Made by a program: the position numbers and the translations under genes
Shown here: piece by piece, positions 1-10,150 of the stretch
Position numbering within the stretch: position 1 is the first letter of the stretch
Layout of the letters: the number at the start of each line of letters is the position of its first letter
Assembly: GCA_964497125.1 (NCBI GenBank)
Contig: CAZCDU010000005.1
Coordinates: 35,139-99,138, forward strand
Reading direction: 5' to 3'
DNA: 64,000 bases
Source: an uncultured Victivallales bacterium
Lineage (GTDB): Bacteria > Verrucomicrobiota > Kiritimatiellia > UBA8416
The notes under the pieces: generated by a model
Told to the model about the DNA's origin: nothing
The model's database searches: none
What the model saw: only the letters and a program-made list of their open reading frames with translations

Positions 1-143
1 AGGAAGACAAGATCGGAAAGCGTCTCGAAACCGAAGTCCATGTCTTTGCGGCAGCCTGATGAGCGCGTAGGGATATACAAGAATGTCCCTGTTCTCACTA
101 TAGGCCCGGCATCGTGACGCCAGTCATTGGGAATGAAGGAAAC

Positions 144-1625
144 ATGCACAGACTTGATGCTACTCTAGAGATTGACAGCGACGCCCGGTGCACGGTCTAC
201 AATCCGATGATCTTCGGAGGGTTTATTGAACATTTCGACAACCAGATCTACGGTGGGGTGTTTGAGCCTGGTTCGCCGTTGGCCGACGAAAAGGGATTCC
301 GACTTGATGTCCTCCAGGCCATCAGAGAACTGAAGACTCCTGTTATTCGCTGGCCCGGCGGGTGCTTCGTGGATTCCTACCACTGGCTGAAGGGTGTGGG
401 GCCTGACCGCGAGCCGTACGGCGATCCGCGCTGGGGAGTGATCGAGCCCAACACCTTCGGCACCCATGAGTTTGTCGAGCTCTGCCGCAGAGTAGGCGCG
501 GAACCGTATATCTGTTTCAACGGTTTGGCATCCCCCCAGGAGAACCTGGATTGGGTATTCTACTGCAACGCTACCGATGGGGCGCTTGCCGAACTGCGCA
601 GGACCAACGGTCAGCCTGAACCTTTTAGCGTCAAGTTCTGGAGCGTGGGCAATGAACGCAGCGGAAAGGATTACATCGACCGCGTACGCGACACGGCGCG
701 GGGGATGAAGGAATTCGATCCGGACCTGAAGATCATGTGCTCTGGCGCGCACGGCGGAAGGCATGCGGTAGTCGATGACTACCTATTCGCGGCTGCTGCT
801 GACTATCTTGACATGATCTCCATCCACAACTACTGGACGGATCGCGGAGACAAGCTGATCCGGTACGACTATCCAACCGCCATTTCCAAGTCGGAACTAC
901 CTGGCCTGTATATCTCTGACACGATTGAAGCGCTTCGTAAGGCAGAGCAACTGGATCGGCTGAAGATCTCTTTCGACGAATGGAACCTGCGGGCATGGCA
1001 GCATCCGAAGTTCCCCCGCAACGAGGTAGAAGACTTCAACGATCCGGAGGTCCGCAGAGTTGTTGAACAGAGACGCAGGGAGAATGATCTCGCTGAGCAG
1101 TACACGATGGCGGACGCGCTCTTCAGCGCATCGTTCCTCAACGCCTGCCTGCGCCATGCGGATACCGTTACGATGGCAGCCGTCGCGCCGCTGGTGAATA
1201 CGCGCGGGCCGCTCTTCGTCCATCCCAACGGTATCGTGAAACGCACGCACTTCCACGCTATGTCGATGTATGCCAACCTGCTCAAGCCACATGTGGTCGA
1301 GATGGACGTCGCCTCGGGGCAACTGGGCCAGGGACAGGATGCTGTGGCCGTGATCGATGCCATTGCCACAGTGGACGCATCGGGTGCACAGTGGTCAATC
1401 GCCCTGGTCAATCGTCATTCCTCAGAAAATGTTCGCTGCACAGTCACGATAAAGGGCAAGTTGCTTGAGGGGGCATACAAGGCAACTGTCCTCACGGGCG
1501 ACTCCGCAGATGCCTACAACAGCATAGAGTCTCCTGACAGAGTAGTACCGGTTAAGACAGAACTGGCCTTCAAGGGCGGCGCTTGCAGCCTGCCGCCTCA
1601 CTCGTTAACTATTGTTGAATTATGA
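144..1625 (+). CDS. abfA: Alpha-L-arabinofuranosidase, glycoside hydrolase family 51
   Basis: ORF 114..1625; motifs IRWPGGCFVDSYHW, FWSVGNE typical of GH51 catalytic TIM barrel; likely start ATG 144 (MHRLD) preceded by aggaa. Confidence 0.75.
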   Translation: MHRLDATLEIDSDARCTVYNPMIFGGFIEHFDNQIYGGVFEPGSPLADEKGFRLDVLQAIRELKTPVIRWPGGCFVDSYHWLKGVGPDREPYGDPRWGVIEPNTFGTHEFVELCRRVGAEPYICFNGLASPQENLDWVFYCNATDGALAELRRTNGQPEPFSVKFWSVGNERSGKDYIDRVRDTARGMKEFDPDLKIMCSGAHGGRHAVVDDYLFAAAADYLDMISIHNYWTDRGDKLIRYDYPTAISKSELPGLYISDTIEALRKAEQLDRLKISFDEWNLRAWQHPKFPRNEVEDFNDPEVRRVVEQRRRENDLAEQYTMADALFSASFLNACLRHADTVTMAAVAPLVNTRGPLFVHPNGIVKRTHFHAMSMYANLLKPHVVEMDVASGQLGQGQDAVAVIDAIATVDASGAQWSIALVNRHSSENVRCTVTIKGKLLEGAYKATVLTGDSADAYNSIESPDRVVPVKTELAFKGGACSLPPHSLTIVEL

Positions 1626-1714
1626 AGCAACGGATGATCGCCGCATGAGAGGGATTGGATACAACCCAATAGGACGGATTCAGGAGATAGCAGATCTGTT
1701 CCTGATCCGCGGCG

Positions 1715-3007
1715 TTGGGCTTGAAGCAGAAGCCGATAGGAGTTAGCCGCACGAGGATGAGACTACGTATACTGATCTTCATAACTGCGCTAGTAGGCGT
1801 GGCGCTTGCTGTTGTCGGGCTCGCCGTGGAGCAGGTTTCCATCGCTGGTATGACAGTTGAGCTCCGCTGGATGTCGTGGGCCATCTTTCTCTGCGGTTAT
1901 GCCGCCTGCTCGGGGGCGAACGTGGCATACTTTGCGTTATCCCGGCGTGATCTGCGAAAGATGATCTGGCGGGGGCGGAACGCGCCAGAGGGTAGCCCCG
2001 CGGCGCTGCAAGCCATGCGCGCCAGCGCGCTGCTCGAGCACCTGCGCAACCCGAACTGGACTCTTGCGTCAATTCTATTCACCAACGTCGGCTTCGGCGT
2101 GTACCTCAGCCAGCTCAGCGACACACTCTTCATAGGGGTCCTTGCCGTCGTGATGCCCGTGCTGAGCATAACCGTCTTCGGAGAGTTCTTCGCCCAGGCC
2201 ACATTCCTCCGTTACGCCGGCCGCATCTGCTATGTGTTCTCTCCCCTGATCTGGGTGCTGAAGTGGATTACCAGCCCTGTCTCGTATCCTCTGGCCCGAG
2301 CTGTTGACGCCCTGTACGGGAAGAACCCGATAAAGCGTCTCGACGAGCGCGATCTCCTGTCCGATCTGGAACTGGAACTGGCGGAGTGGCAAGGCAAGTC
2401 GATGCACCCCGGTGAGCACACGCTCGATCCTGCTGAGCTTATGACCCTCATGAATGCAGCCAGGGCAGATGATGAACCCGCGAGAGAGGCGGGGAAGCTT
2501 CTCGACCCAAAGACAATCGTGCCGCTGGAGTTCAAGGGCGATCGGCCTGTCTTTCCTGAACTCGGCAGGTTTATCCGTGAGAAGCTGTCGATTTCTGAAC
2601 ATCCCTGGTTTGTTCTGACCGACGCGAAGACGGGAGCCCCCCGGTTCTTGCTCGACGTGGACGGATTCGTCCGATCTGCGTACGCCATGGCGGTCACGGG
2701 GAAGGACGATCAGTTCAACCCCCATGACCACACGTTCGCAGTCCGTGTATACCATGATCCGGATACCCACCTGAGAGAGGTGGTAAGCCAATTTCGCGTT
2801 CACGCGATAAACCCACGGGATGATGTCATCGATGTTGATGTGGCCCTGATTTGGACGTCGACCGACCGATGGATCGTCACCGGGGGCGATGTGCTGGGGC
2901 GCTTCCTGCGTGGTGTCGCAAAGCGATACCCCGAAGTCGACGAGCCAGAAGGTCAAGGAGCCCGACATCGAAAGACAGGTGTCCGCTCTCAGCGAAGAAG
3001 CGCGTAG
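1715..3007 (+). CDS. DUF21/CNNM-type four-helix transmembrane domain protein, C-terminal region of unknown function (no CBS pair recognised)
   Basis: Four predicted TM helices; AYFALSRRDLRKM and VFGEFFAQATFLRYAGRICYVFSPLIWVL resemble the DUF21 core (SETALxSLsrarL / IFGEIIPKtlA); alternative start ATG 1757. Confidence 0.45.
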   Translation: MGLKQKPIGVSRTRMRLRILIFITALVGVALAVVGLAVEQVSIAGMTVELRWMSWAIFLCGYAACSGANVAYFALSRRDLRKMIWRGRNAPEGSPAALQAMRASALLEHLRNPNWTLASILFTNVGFGVYLSQLSDTLFIGVLAVVMPVLSITVFGEFFAQATFLRYAGRICYVFSPLIWVLKWITSPVSYPLARAVDALYGKNPIKRLDERDLLSDLELELAEWQGKSMHPGEHTLDPAELMTLMNAARADDEPAREAGKLLDPKTIVPLEFKGDRPVFPELGRFIREKLSISEHPWFVLTDAKTGAPRFLLDVDGFVRSAYAMAVTGKDDQFNPHDHTFAVRVYHDPDTHLREVVSQFRVHAINPRDDVIDVDVALIWTSTDRWIVTGGDVLGRFLRGVAKRYPEVDEPEGQGARHRKTGVRSQRRSA

Positions 3008-3076
3008 AAAGCGCTTAGCGGGACAGTGGGGACAGGCCAGAATCCTGCTACCTTAAGCAACTCGTGCAAGAGAATT

Positions 3077-3222
3077 GAACACCCAATATCCAACAAGGAA
3101 TTTCCAGATTCCAAGTGAAATCAAGAGTGGAATAGAGAAGCTCTTGACTGCAGGCGATGATACAGCAGAGCCCAAGTCTCACCTTGTGCTGTTGGAGATT
3201 CCTTGTTGAGTATTGGGTATTC
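3077..3222. repeat. Imperfect 25-bp inverted repeat pair (22/25 match) enclosing ~96 bp of lower-GC sequence
   Basis: gaacacccaatatccaacaaggaat (3077-3101) vs attccttgttgagtattgggtattc (3198-3222), in convergent intergenic region. Confidence 0.4.
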
Positions 3223-3374
3223 AAAACTCGCTGGCCCCCCTTAAAGTAGCGGTATTCGGGACAGGCCATTGGCGCACGTCCGGATCTCAAACTCCCATTC
3301 CCCGTAACAGCGTAGCCGATTCCGGTGGGCTGGGGGAGGCCCTTCTCTCAGGCTATGGCGCTGCCTGATACACT

Positions 3375-4133
3375 CTAGCCGGCGTGCTCCTGGCGGTAGC
3401 GGCCGGGGGGGAGGCCGAACATTTTTCGGAATTCACGGGTGAAGTGGCTGTGGTCGTAGAAGCCTACTTCAAGTGCGATGCGACCAATCGTGTAGGTTGA
3501 TTGGGCGAGAAGCTGGCTTGCCTTTGTGAGACGATACTGGATTACGAAGCGTGATGGCGTTTGTCCCAACGCCTTCTGAAAGCGTCGCTCGAATTGACTG
3601 ATGGAGAGGCCGGCCACCTTGGCTAGGCGCCCCATGCGGAGCGGCTCCGCGTAGTGGGTGCTGATGTGATCCACGACTTTCCGCATTTCCCGGTAAGGCC
3701 GCCTGGCGCTTGCGCTGCGTTCAAGGTCACGCATGATGCCGACGATTCCGATACAGTTGCCGCCAGCGTCGAAGATCGGGAATTTGCTGGTGATATGCCA
3801 ACTCATGGATCCGTCGGGGTTGGCAACCAACTCGCTTCGGCGCATGACCGGCCGGCCGGTCTTCATGACCATTTGGTCATCGGCGTGGTAGTGCGCAATC
3901 ATGTAGCTGGGGAAAAAGTCATAGTCTGTCTTGCCAATAATGTCACTTTCTGTAGCCAGACCGAGCTTTTCGAGCTGCAGGGCATTCGCGCCCATGAACC
4001 TGCTTTGGCGGTCTTTCATGAAGAAATACACATCATCCAGGCATCCAAACATGTCGAGGATTGTTGAAGCATCCGCTATTGAGCGCACAAAGGACTCCTT
4101 GGTAGTGATAGGGGGGCTCTCGTGGCTCATGGC
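3375..4133 (-). CDS. AraC/XylS family transcriptional regulator with N-terminal PAS-like sensor domain
   Basis: C-terminal HTH_AraC (GLSISQFERRFQKALGQTPSRFVIQYRLTKASQLL...FYDHSHFTREFRKMFGLPPGRYR); start MSHESPP with aaggag RBS. Confidence 0.8.
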   Translation of the reverse strand, partial: AMSHESPPITTKESFVRSIADASTILDMFGCLDDVYFFMKDRQSRFMGANALQLEKLGLATESDIIGKTDYDFFPSYMIAHYHADDQMVMKTGRPVMRRSELVANPDGSMSWHITSKFPIFDAGGNCIGIVGIMRDLERSASARRPYREMRKVVDHISTHYAEPLRMGRLAKVAGLSISQFERRFQKALGQTPSRFVIQYRLTKASQLLAQSTYTIGRIALEVGFYDHSHFTREFRKMFGLPPGRYRQEHAG

Positions 4134-4232
4134 TGCTCCTTTAGGTATCAATTCCGTGAGAATGCGGAAAATATACACAATCTCGCGGAATTCGTCCAAG
4201 TTTATTGGCATTCGGGGCGGTATTATCCCGTC

Positions 4233-5087
4233 ATGATGAAATTCGGAATAAATTCGTTTCTATTGTCGTCCGGCTTCACCAACGACGATCTGCCGATTAT
4301 CGAGCAGTTCAAGGCTTGGGGGGCCGATATCGCAGAGTTTGCCGTACTTGAGCCGGAATTGATCGATGCCGCGGCGCTGCGCCGCGCGATTGAGGCGGCG
4401 GGTATGGAGAATTGCCCCGTTTGCGGCATTTGGCCGGAATACCGCGATTTGCGCGGGACGGAGGAGGCACAGCGTAACAGCGCGGAGTACGTGAGTCAGT
4501 TGATTGACCTGGCGTCCGAGATCGGATCTACAATCGTTGCCGGTCCCATGTATTCCTGCGTGGGCCGCTGCGGGCTCTACTCGGATACGGAGAAGGAAGC
4601 GCAGAGCGATCTGATTGCCGGGCACCTTGAGAAGCTGTGCGCGAAGGCGGAGAAGGCGGGGGTCCTGCTTTGCCTCGAGGCGCTGAATCGTTTCGAGACG
4701 GATTGTATTAATACGCTGGCCCAGGCGTCTGCCCTGATTGACAAGGTTGGAAGCCCGGCCCTGAAGATCCATGCAGATACGTTCCATATGAATATTGAGG
4801 AGAGCGATCCGGCTGAAGCCATTCGCACCGCGGGTGACCATATCGGGCACATCCACGCCAGCGGAAGTCACCGCGGAATCCCCGGGACCGGGCACGTGGA
4901 CTGGAGCGGGATCTTCGGTGCGCTGAAGGATATCAACTACGGCGGTGACATCTGCATTGAGACCTTCTCCGCCGACAACGATACGATTGCCCGCGCTGTA
5001 TCCATCTGGATCCGGCGGTTCGAGACGCCGGCGCAGCTCGCTGTGGATGGGCTTGGATTCCTGCGTGATGCGTGGGAGAAGGCGTAA
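4233..5087 (+). CDS. Sugar phosphate isomerase/epimerase (xylose isomerase-like TIM barrel)
   Basis: MMKFGINSFLL start, pattern typical of AP_endonuc_2/xylose-isomerase-like TIM barrel family. Confidence 0.7.
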   Translation: MMKFGINSFLLSSGFTNDDLPIIEQFKAWGADIAEFAVLEPELIDAAALRRAIEAAGMENCPVCGIWPEYRDLRGTEEAQRNSAEYVSQLIDLASEIGSTIVAGPMYSCVGRCGLYSDTEKEAQSDLIAGHLEKLCAKAEKAGVLLCLEALNRFETDCINTLAQASALIDKVGSPALKIHADTFHMNIEESDPAEAIRTAGDHIGHIHASGSHRGIPGTGHVDWSGIFGALKDINYGGDICIETFSADNDTIARAVSIWIRRFETPAQLAVDGLGFLRDAWEKA

Positions 5088-5121
5088 CATTTTTTGCGAA
5101 ACTAAGAGGAGGACCAGAAAC

Positions 5122-6642
5122 ATGAAATCAATTCTGTCATGTACGATAGCCGCTGTTCTGATGAGCTTTGGACTTACGGCAACTGCCGGTGAGTTTGTTT
5201 CCATCTTTGATGGCAAGACGCTTGACGGGTGGGATGGCGATCCCCGCTTCTGGCGGGTCGAGGACGGTGCGGTCGTTGGCGAAACGACTGAGGAGGTACC
5301 GACAAAGGGCAACACGTTTTTAGTCTGGGAGGGTGGTGAGGTAGCTGACTTTGAGCTCAAGGTGGAGTTCAAGATCCGCAATCACAATAGTGGTATCCAG
5401 TACCGCAGCTTTCCAATAGAGGGGAAGCAGTGGGTTGTGGGCGGCTACCAGGCCGACTTCTCTTCCGACCATAAATGGACCGGTTCCGCCTGGGGTGAGA
5501 AGTACAAGAAGATGTTGGCCGTTCGCGGCGAGAAGACCGTTGTAGGCGAACAGGGGAAAGCCCGGCGCGTGGTGGCGCAGGTCGGGGATGGCGAGGAGAT
5601 CCTCGCGCACGTCGACAAGGATGGTTGGAACGAATACCACATCATCGCCAACGGCAACCAGTGTATCCAGAAGATCAACGGCGTGGTGACAGCGGAGTTT
5701 TCTGAGAGCAGCGAGGAGCGCTTGCGCTCAGGGCTGATTGCCCTGCAGCTTCATGGCGGGCCACCAATGCAGGTGAGCTTCCGCAATATTCGTCTGCGCA
5801 AACTGAATGCCGATGACAAGAAACAGGTTCTCTTCCTGGCCGGTAATAAGAGCCACGGGTACGGCGCACATGAACACAAGGCTGGTTGCCACCTTCTGTC
5901 CCGTTGCTTGAATGAAAGCGGGTTGGACGTTGTCAGCCAGGTAACGACCGAAGGGGCGTGGCCACAGCCGTGGGTCGGGTACGATAAACCCGATACCGTT
6001 GTTATGTACTGTGACGGCTACGCCAGGCACCTGGCCAAGAGTCACCAGGACAAGATTCAGACGCTTGTCGACCAGGGGGTAGGGGTTGCCTGCCTGCATT
6101 TTGGTGTTGAGGTGGTGAAAGAGGAGTTGGGCCCGCAGTTCCTGGAGTGGATTGGCGGGTACTTCGAGAACGGCTGGTCGGTCAATCCACACTGGACGCC
6201 AACGTTCGAGCCGCTGCCCGGGCATGCGATCTGCAACGGCGTGAAACCGTTTTCGATTCGGGACGAGTGGTATTACCACATGCGGTTCCAGCCGGAGTTT
6301 GAAAACACAACCGCCATCCTTGCCGCGAAGCCCCCTCTCGAAACGCTGAAGCGTAAGGGCAGCCGGGGCACGAACCCGACGGTGCAAGCTGCTGTCGAGG
6401 CGGGCGTACCTCAAATCGTGTCTTGGGCCTATGAGCGCCCGAATGGCGGGCGTGGGTTCGGATTCACCGGCGGCCATTTTCACCGCAACTGGGCGCAGGA
6501 TGACTTTCGGAAGTTGGTGTTGAACGCGCTCTACTGGACCGCTGGTGGTGACGTGCCGGCCGATGGCATTGCATCACGTACGCCCACAGAGATTGACATG
6601 GAACTGAACCAGGATTACCCGAAACCAAAGGCGCGCAAGTAG
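5122..6642 (+). CDS. Secreted DUF1080 (3-keto-disaccharide hydrolase-like) domain fused to ThuA-like (trehalose utilisation) domain
   Basis: Signal peptide MKSILSCTIAAVLMSFGLTATA; FDGKTLDGWDGD...ALQLHGG (DUF1080 hallmarks) then ThuA-like C-terminal half; aggagg RBS before ATG 5122. Confidence 0.65.
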   Translation: MKSILSCTIAAVLMSFGLTATAGEFVSIFDGKTLDGWDGDPRFWRVEDGAVVGETTEEVPTKGNTFLVWEGGEVADFELKVEFKIRNHNSGIQYRSFPIEGKQWVVGGYQADFSSDHKWTGSAWGEKYKKMLAVRGEKTVVGEQGKARRVVAQVGDGEEILAHVDKDGWNEYHIIANGNQCIQKINGVVTAEFSESSEERLRSGLIALQLHGGPPMQVSFRNIRLRKLNADDKKQVLFLAGNKSHGYGAHEHKAGCHLLSRCLNESGLDVVSQVTTEGAWPQPWVGYDKPDTVVMYCDGYARHLAKSHQDKIQTLVDQGVGVACLHFGVEVVKEELGPQFLEWIGGYFENGWSVNPHWTPTFEPLPGHAICNGVKPFSIRDEWYYHMRFQPEFENTTAILAAKPPLETLKRKGSRGTNPTVQAAVEAGVPQIVSWAYERPNGGRGFGFTGGHFHRNWAQDDFRKLVLNALYWTAGGDVPADGIASRTPTEIDMELNQDYPKPKARK

Positions 6643-7947
6643 CGCGAGGAAGCATAGTACGATGAGTGAAGTTACACGACGGCACTTCATGCGCGACACC
6701 GCGGTGGCCACTGCGGCGATCAGCACGTTCAACATTCTCTCTTCCCGTGCCCAGGAGGCAGCCGGAGGCGAGGTCCTCAAGGTAGCCGTTGTGGGATGCG
6801 GCGGTCGCGGCAATGGTGCGCTCGGCCACTTCCGGGATGCGGCGAAGCTTCTCGGGAAGGACATTGAGGTCGTCGCGCTATGCGATGCATTTGAGGACCG
6901 GGTCCAAGGCTCGTTGAAGCGCCATGGCGTTGACGCGTCCCGCGGGCACTGGGGCTTCAATGCCTACAAGAAAGCCGCGGAGTCGGACGCGGAGTTTGTT
7001 CTTATGGCGACGCCGCCGAACTTCCGCCCTCTGCATCTTGAGGCGATGATCGAGGCGGGCAAGCACTGCTTTGTCGAGAAGCCCGTTGCGGTGGATCCGG
7101 TCGGGGTGCGCAAGGTGATCGAAGTGGGGGAGCGAGCGAAAGCCAAGGGGCTGGCCATCGTGGCCGGCACTCAGCGCCGTTACCAGAAGAACTTCATCAT
7201 GAACAAGGCCCGCGTTGATGCCGGCGCGATCGGACAGATTGTTGGCGGTACGGTGTCATGGAACGGCCGAGTCCCGTGGATTCACAGACGGAAGGCTCAC
7301 TACAGCGACGCCGAGTATATGACCCGTAACTGGTTGAACTTCACGGAGCTATCGGGCGACCACATCTGCGAGCAGCATGTGCATAACCTTGATGTTGCCA
7401 ACTGGTTCATCGGTCGTACGCCGCAGACCTTTATTGGGTTTGGCGGACGTGCCCGTCGCGAGACAGGCAACCAGTTTGATTTCTTCAGCGTTGACATGGA
7501 CTATGGTGATGGCGTCCATATCCACAGTCAGTGCCGGCAGATTCCGGGTTGCTACAACCGGGTTGGCGAGGTCCTGCGTGGTACCGAGGGAAGGGTCGAT
7601 GGTGGTGGTCGCCTATCCGGCAAAGAGGTGACCGTGCCGGATCCCGTGCTGGAGCATGGCAGCGGCTACGTCCAGGAGCATGTTGAACTGATCAAGGGAG
7701 CCCGGAATGGGAAGCCCGCGAATGCAGCCCGCACCGTTGCTGAGGCGACACTATGCGCTGTCGCAGGTCGGATTTCTGCCTACACGGGCAAGTTGGTGCG
7801 GTGGCGTGATATGATGGAGAATACGAACTCCCCGCTCTATTCGCTCGAGCTTGCCCCGACGGCGTTGGCATTTGAGCAGGGCGAAATAGTCCTGCCCGCA
7901 GAAGTGGCACCGATACCCGGCATGGGGGATGGGGCACGGAATCGAGG
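6009..7947. repeat. Copy 1 of 1939-bp near-identical direct repeat (1 mismatch seen)
   Basis: 6009-7947 aligns base-for-base with 9517-11455 (offset 3508); only difference noted g/a at 7911 vs 11419. Confidence 0.9.
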
Positions 7948-7951
7948 ATAG
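6662..7951 (+). CDS. Gfo/Idh/MocA family oxidoreductase with twin-arginine (Tat) signal
   Basis: RRHFMRDTAVATAA Tat motif; Rossmann VAVVGCGGRGNGALGHF; EKPVA motif of Gfo/Idh/MocA. Confidence 0.8.
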   Translation: MSEVTRRHFMRDTAVATAAISTFNILSSRAQEAAGGEVLKVAVVGCGGRGNGALGHFRDAAKLLGKDIEVVALCDAFEDRVQGSLKRHGVDASRGHWGFNAYKKAAESDAEFVLMATPPNFRPLHLEAMIEAGKHCFVEKPVAVDPVGVRKVIEVGERAKAKGLAIVAGTQRRYQKNFIMNKARVDAGAIGQIVGGTVSWNGRVPWIHRRKAHYSDAEYMTRNWLNFTELSGDHICEQHVHNLDVANWFIGRTPQTFIGFGGRARRETGNQFDFFSVDMDYGDGVHIHSQCRQIPGCYNRVGEVLRGTEGRVDGGGRLSGKEVTVPDPVLEHGSGYVQEHVELIKGARNGKPANAARTVAEATLCAVAGRISAYTGKLVRWRDMMENTNSPLYSLELAPTALAFEQGEIVLPAEVAPIPGMGDGARNRG

Positions 7952-9516
7952 AGTTTGGATTGATGTGTCGCGAGCAACGCCATGCTCTCACTGCGTCGAG
8001 CCAGTCTAGATGGGTCGTCGAATCATCTGCCCTTTTGCGTCTTTTGCTCGTTTCGCAGTCCAGGGCCTTGTGGCGCGGAGGATCGCGAGACGGAGAGTAG
8101 AACGGAGAGTAGGGACAGGCAATTAGTAAGGATTGGTCAGTAATGGCAGCTGACGCAGGGGAAGTGGGGTGGATGCTTGTGTCTGAGCTGGCCGCTATGG
8201 GCCGGTCAGCGGTTAGCCCCCTGTGGTTGCGCGCAGATTTGGCGCGCAAGAACACTTACGATAACGATCTTGGCTGCAGATAGGCAGAGCTCACCTGCAA
8301 GTAGTACTCAGTGAGACATGGGATATCCCCGCCTAGCAGGTCGCCGGCGGTGTGATGACCTGAAGCCGTAGACGACGGGCAGTGTATATATCTCCCCATT
8401 GGCAGCCTGCCATCTTGCGGGCGCCGGTCTTGCGTCTCTCACCGAACTGTTGTCGGTGTCTCTCGAAGACATCTTCGACGTAGGCCTTGCTGCCAAGGAC
8501 TGCGCCATCAGCAAAATAGCGTACACGACAACGTAGTACCTGGTTGATTGGCAGAGCGCCGCCGGCATCCAATACGGCTTTGGCTTCCTTAGGGCTGAAG
8601 CCCGGCTTCAGGGGCTGGCCATCCGTGCCTGTGCCGCGGGTCTCTCCCTTCGTGTAGAGCAGCGTGCGGTATTGCTTTGATACCGCGTTCCAGGAGATGT
8701 CCTGATTGGGCGTGCACATGATACGCGATAGCCCCGCTCTTGCCCGCTTTGAGCCTCCCATGGCTTCGCCGTAGCCGCAGAACCGGTAGTCTTTCGGATC
8801 GCTCACAATCCCGGCACGAACAGCATTTAGATCGACATAGGCAGCTACGGCGGACAACGCCCCTTCGCTGTCTCCGACCAAAAGGCTTTTGAACCGTTCT
8901 TCCCAAAGCGTGCCCTTGCGGCCGTGGCGACGATTGTAAGACATCGTGACGCGTTGTTTTAGTGTTTTGAGGAATTCCGAGATGTCATACATCCGATAGG
9001 TGTATTTGGCCTTCAGGGCTTCGGCCGCCTCATGCTCTCCGGTCTCGCGCATTTCAGCAAGTCTTGCTTCCGTGCGATTGGCCTCACGGCGATCATAGAG
9101 ACTTCGGTGTCGGAAGAGGAATAGGCTGTCGCTGACCTCTTCTCGTTCTGGCACATGCAGGACGATGTGAAAATGATTGTCGAGTACGGAGTGCGTCACA
9201 ATCTCGACACCACAGAAGGACTCCGCAGCCCGCATTACCTGTAAAAAGCGTGTCTTTTCGTCGTCATCAAACACCCAACGGCGGTCAACAACGCGTGACA
9301 TGACATGATAGTAGGCTGCGTGATCTTCTCGTATTCGTGCTCTTCGCATACTGGAGTCCTTTCGTGCTCACCGGCACGCTACTGGTGCCTTCTAACCTGT
9401 AGAAGAAGCGAATTCGCATAATTCCGAAAAAAGTTGGAACTTTCTTTGGATGGACTGTGTGTCCCTAGCTGTTGCTAGCTGGTGGTGTTGGATAGACTGT
9501 GTGTCCCTAGCTGTTC
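7948..9516 (-). mobile_element. IS200/IS605-like single-ORF element (Y1 HUH transposase) lying between the two repeat copies
   Basis: Contains tnpA-like ORF 8333..9349; GC-rich hairpins near both ends (ttgcgcgcagatttggcgcgcaa 8231-8253; cgtgctcaccggcacg 9361-9376); 21-bp direct repeat gactgtgtgtccctagctgtt x2 at 9454-9474 and 9495-9515. Confidence 0.55.
8333..9349 (-). CDS. Y1 (HUH) tyrosine transposase, IS200-like/REP-associated family, unusually long (338 aa)
   Basis: HUH motif HFHIVL, YHVMSR N-terminal motif, catalytic Tyr region YVDLNAVRAGIV. Confidence 0.7.
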   Translation of the reverse strand: MRRARIREDHAAYYHVMSRVVDRRWVFDDDEKTRFLQVMRAAESFCGVEIVTHSVLDNHFHIVLHVPEREEVSDSLFLFRHRSLYDRREANRTEARLAEMRETGEHEAAEALKAKYTYRMYDISEFLKTLKQRVTMSYNRRHGRKGTLWEERFKSLLVGDSEGALSAVAAYVDLNAVRAGIVSDPKDYRFCGYGEAMGGSKRARAGLSRIMCTPNQDISWNAVSKQYRTLLYTKGETRGTGTDGQPLKPGFSPKEAKAVLDAGGALPINQVLRCRVRYFADGAVLGSKAYVEDVFERHRQQFGERRKTGARKMAGCQWGDIYTARRLRLQVITPPATC

Positions 9517-10150
9517 CTGTGACGGCTACGCCAGGCACCTGGCCAAGAGTCACCAGGACAAGATTCAGACGCTTGTCGACCAGGGGGTAGGGGTTGCCTG
9601 CCTGCATTTTGGTGTTGAGGTGGTGAAAGAGGAGTTGGGCCCGCAGTTCCTGGAGTGGATTGGCGGGTACTTCGAGAACGGCTGGTCGGTCAATCCACAC
9701 TGGACGCCAACGTTCGAGCCGCTGCCCGGGCATGCGATCTGCAACGGCGTGAAACCGTTTTCGATTCGGGACGAGTGGTATTACCACATGCGGTTCCAGC
9801 CGGAGTTTGAAAACACAACCGCCATCCTTGCCGCGAAGCCCCCTCTCGAAACGCTGAAGCGTAAGGGCAGCCGGGGCACGAACCCGACGGTGCAAGCTGC
9901 TGTCGAGGCGGGCGTACCTCAAATCGTGTCTTGGGCCTATGAGCGCCCGAATGGCGGGCGTGGGTTCGGATTCACCGGCGGCCATTTTCACCGCAACTGG
10001 GCGCAGGATGACTTTCGGAAGTTGGTGTTGAACGCGCTCTACTGGACCGCTGGTGGTGACGTGCCGGCCGATGGCATTGCATCACGTACGCCCACAGAGA
10101 TTGACATGGAACTGAACCAGGATTACCCGAAACCAAAGGCGCGCAAGTAG
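9517..10150 (+). pseudogene. Truncated duplicate of the ThuA-domain 3' end (last ~211 codons of 5122..6642)
   Basis: Identical to 6009-6642; lacks N-terminal DUF1080 and first part of ThuA domain; ORF 9482..10150 only has a fortuitous upstream ATG. Confidence 0.7.

Noticed and set aside
4260-5381. Long antisense ORFs inside well-supported genes (also 5728..6483, 9392..9991, 23055..23648, 24526..25248, 30345..30949, 45716..47023, 51743..52288)
   Set aside because: High GC content yields long stop-free antisense frames. The sense-strand genes have clear family motifs and the antisense products are low-complexity (R/P/S-rich).
7692-8568. Second gene (tnpB-like) within the IS200-like element
   Set aside because: ORFs 7692..8255 and 8308..8568 are short and Ser/Arg/Pro-rich. 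They overlap the oxidoreductase 3' end or the transposase and show no RuvC-like motifs. The element is probably single-ORF.
9482-10150. Independent 222-aa gene
   Set aside because: The sequence is an exact duplicate of the 3' part of the ThuA-domain gene and lacks its N-terminal domains. It is a truncated fragment created by the 1.94-kb duplication.
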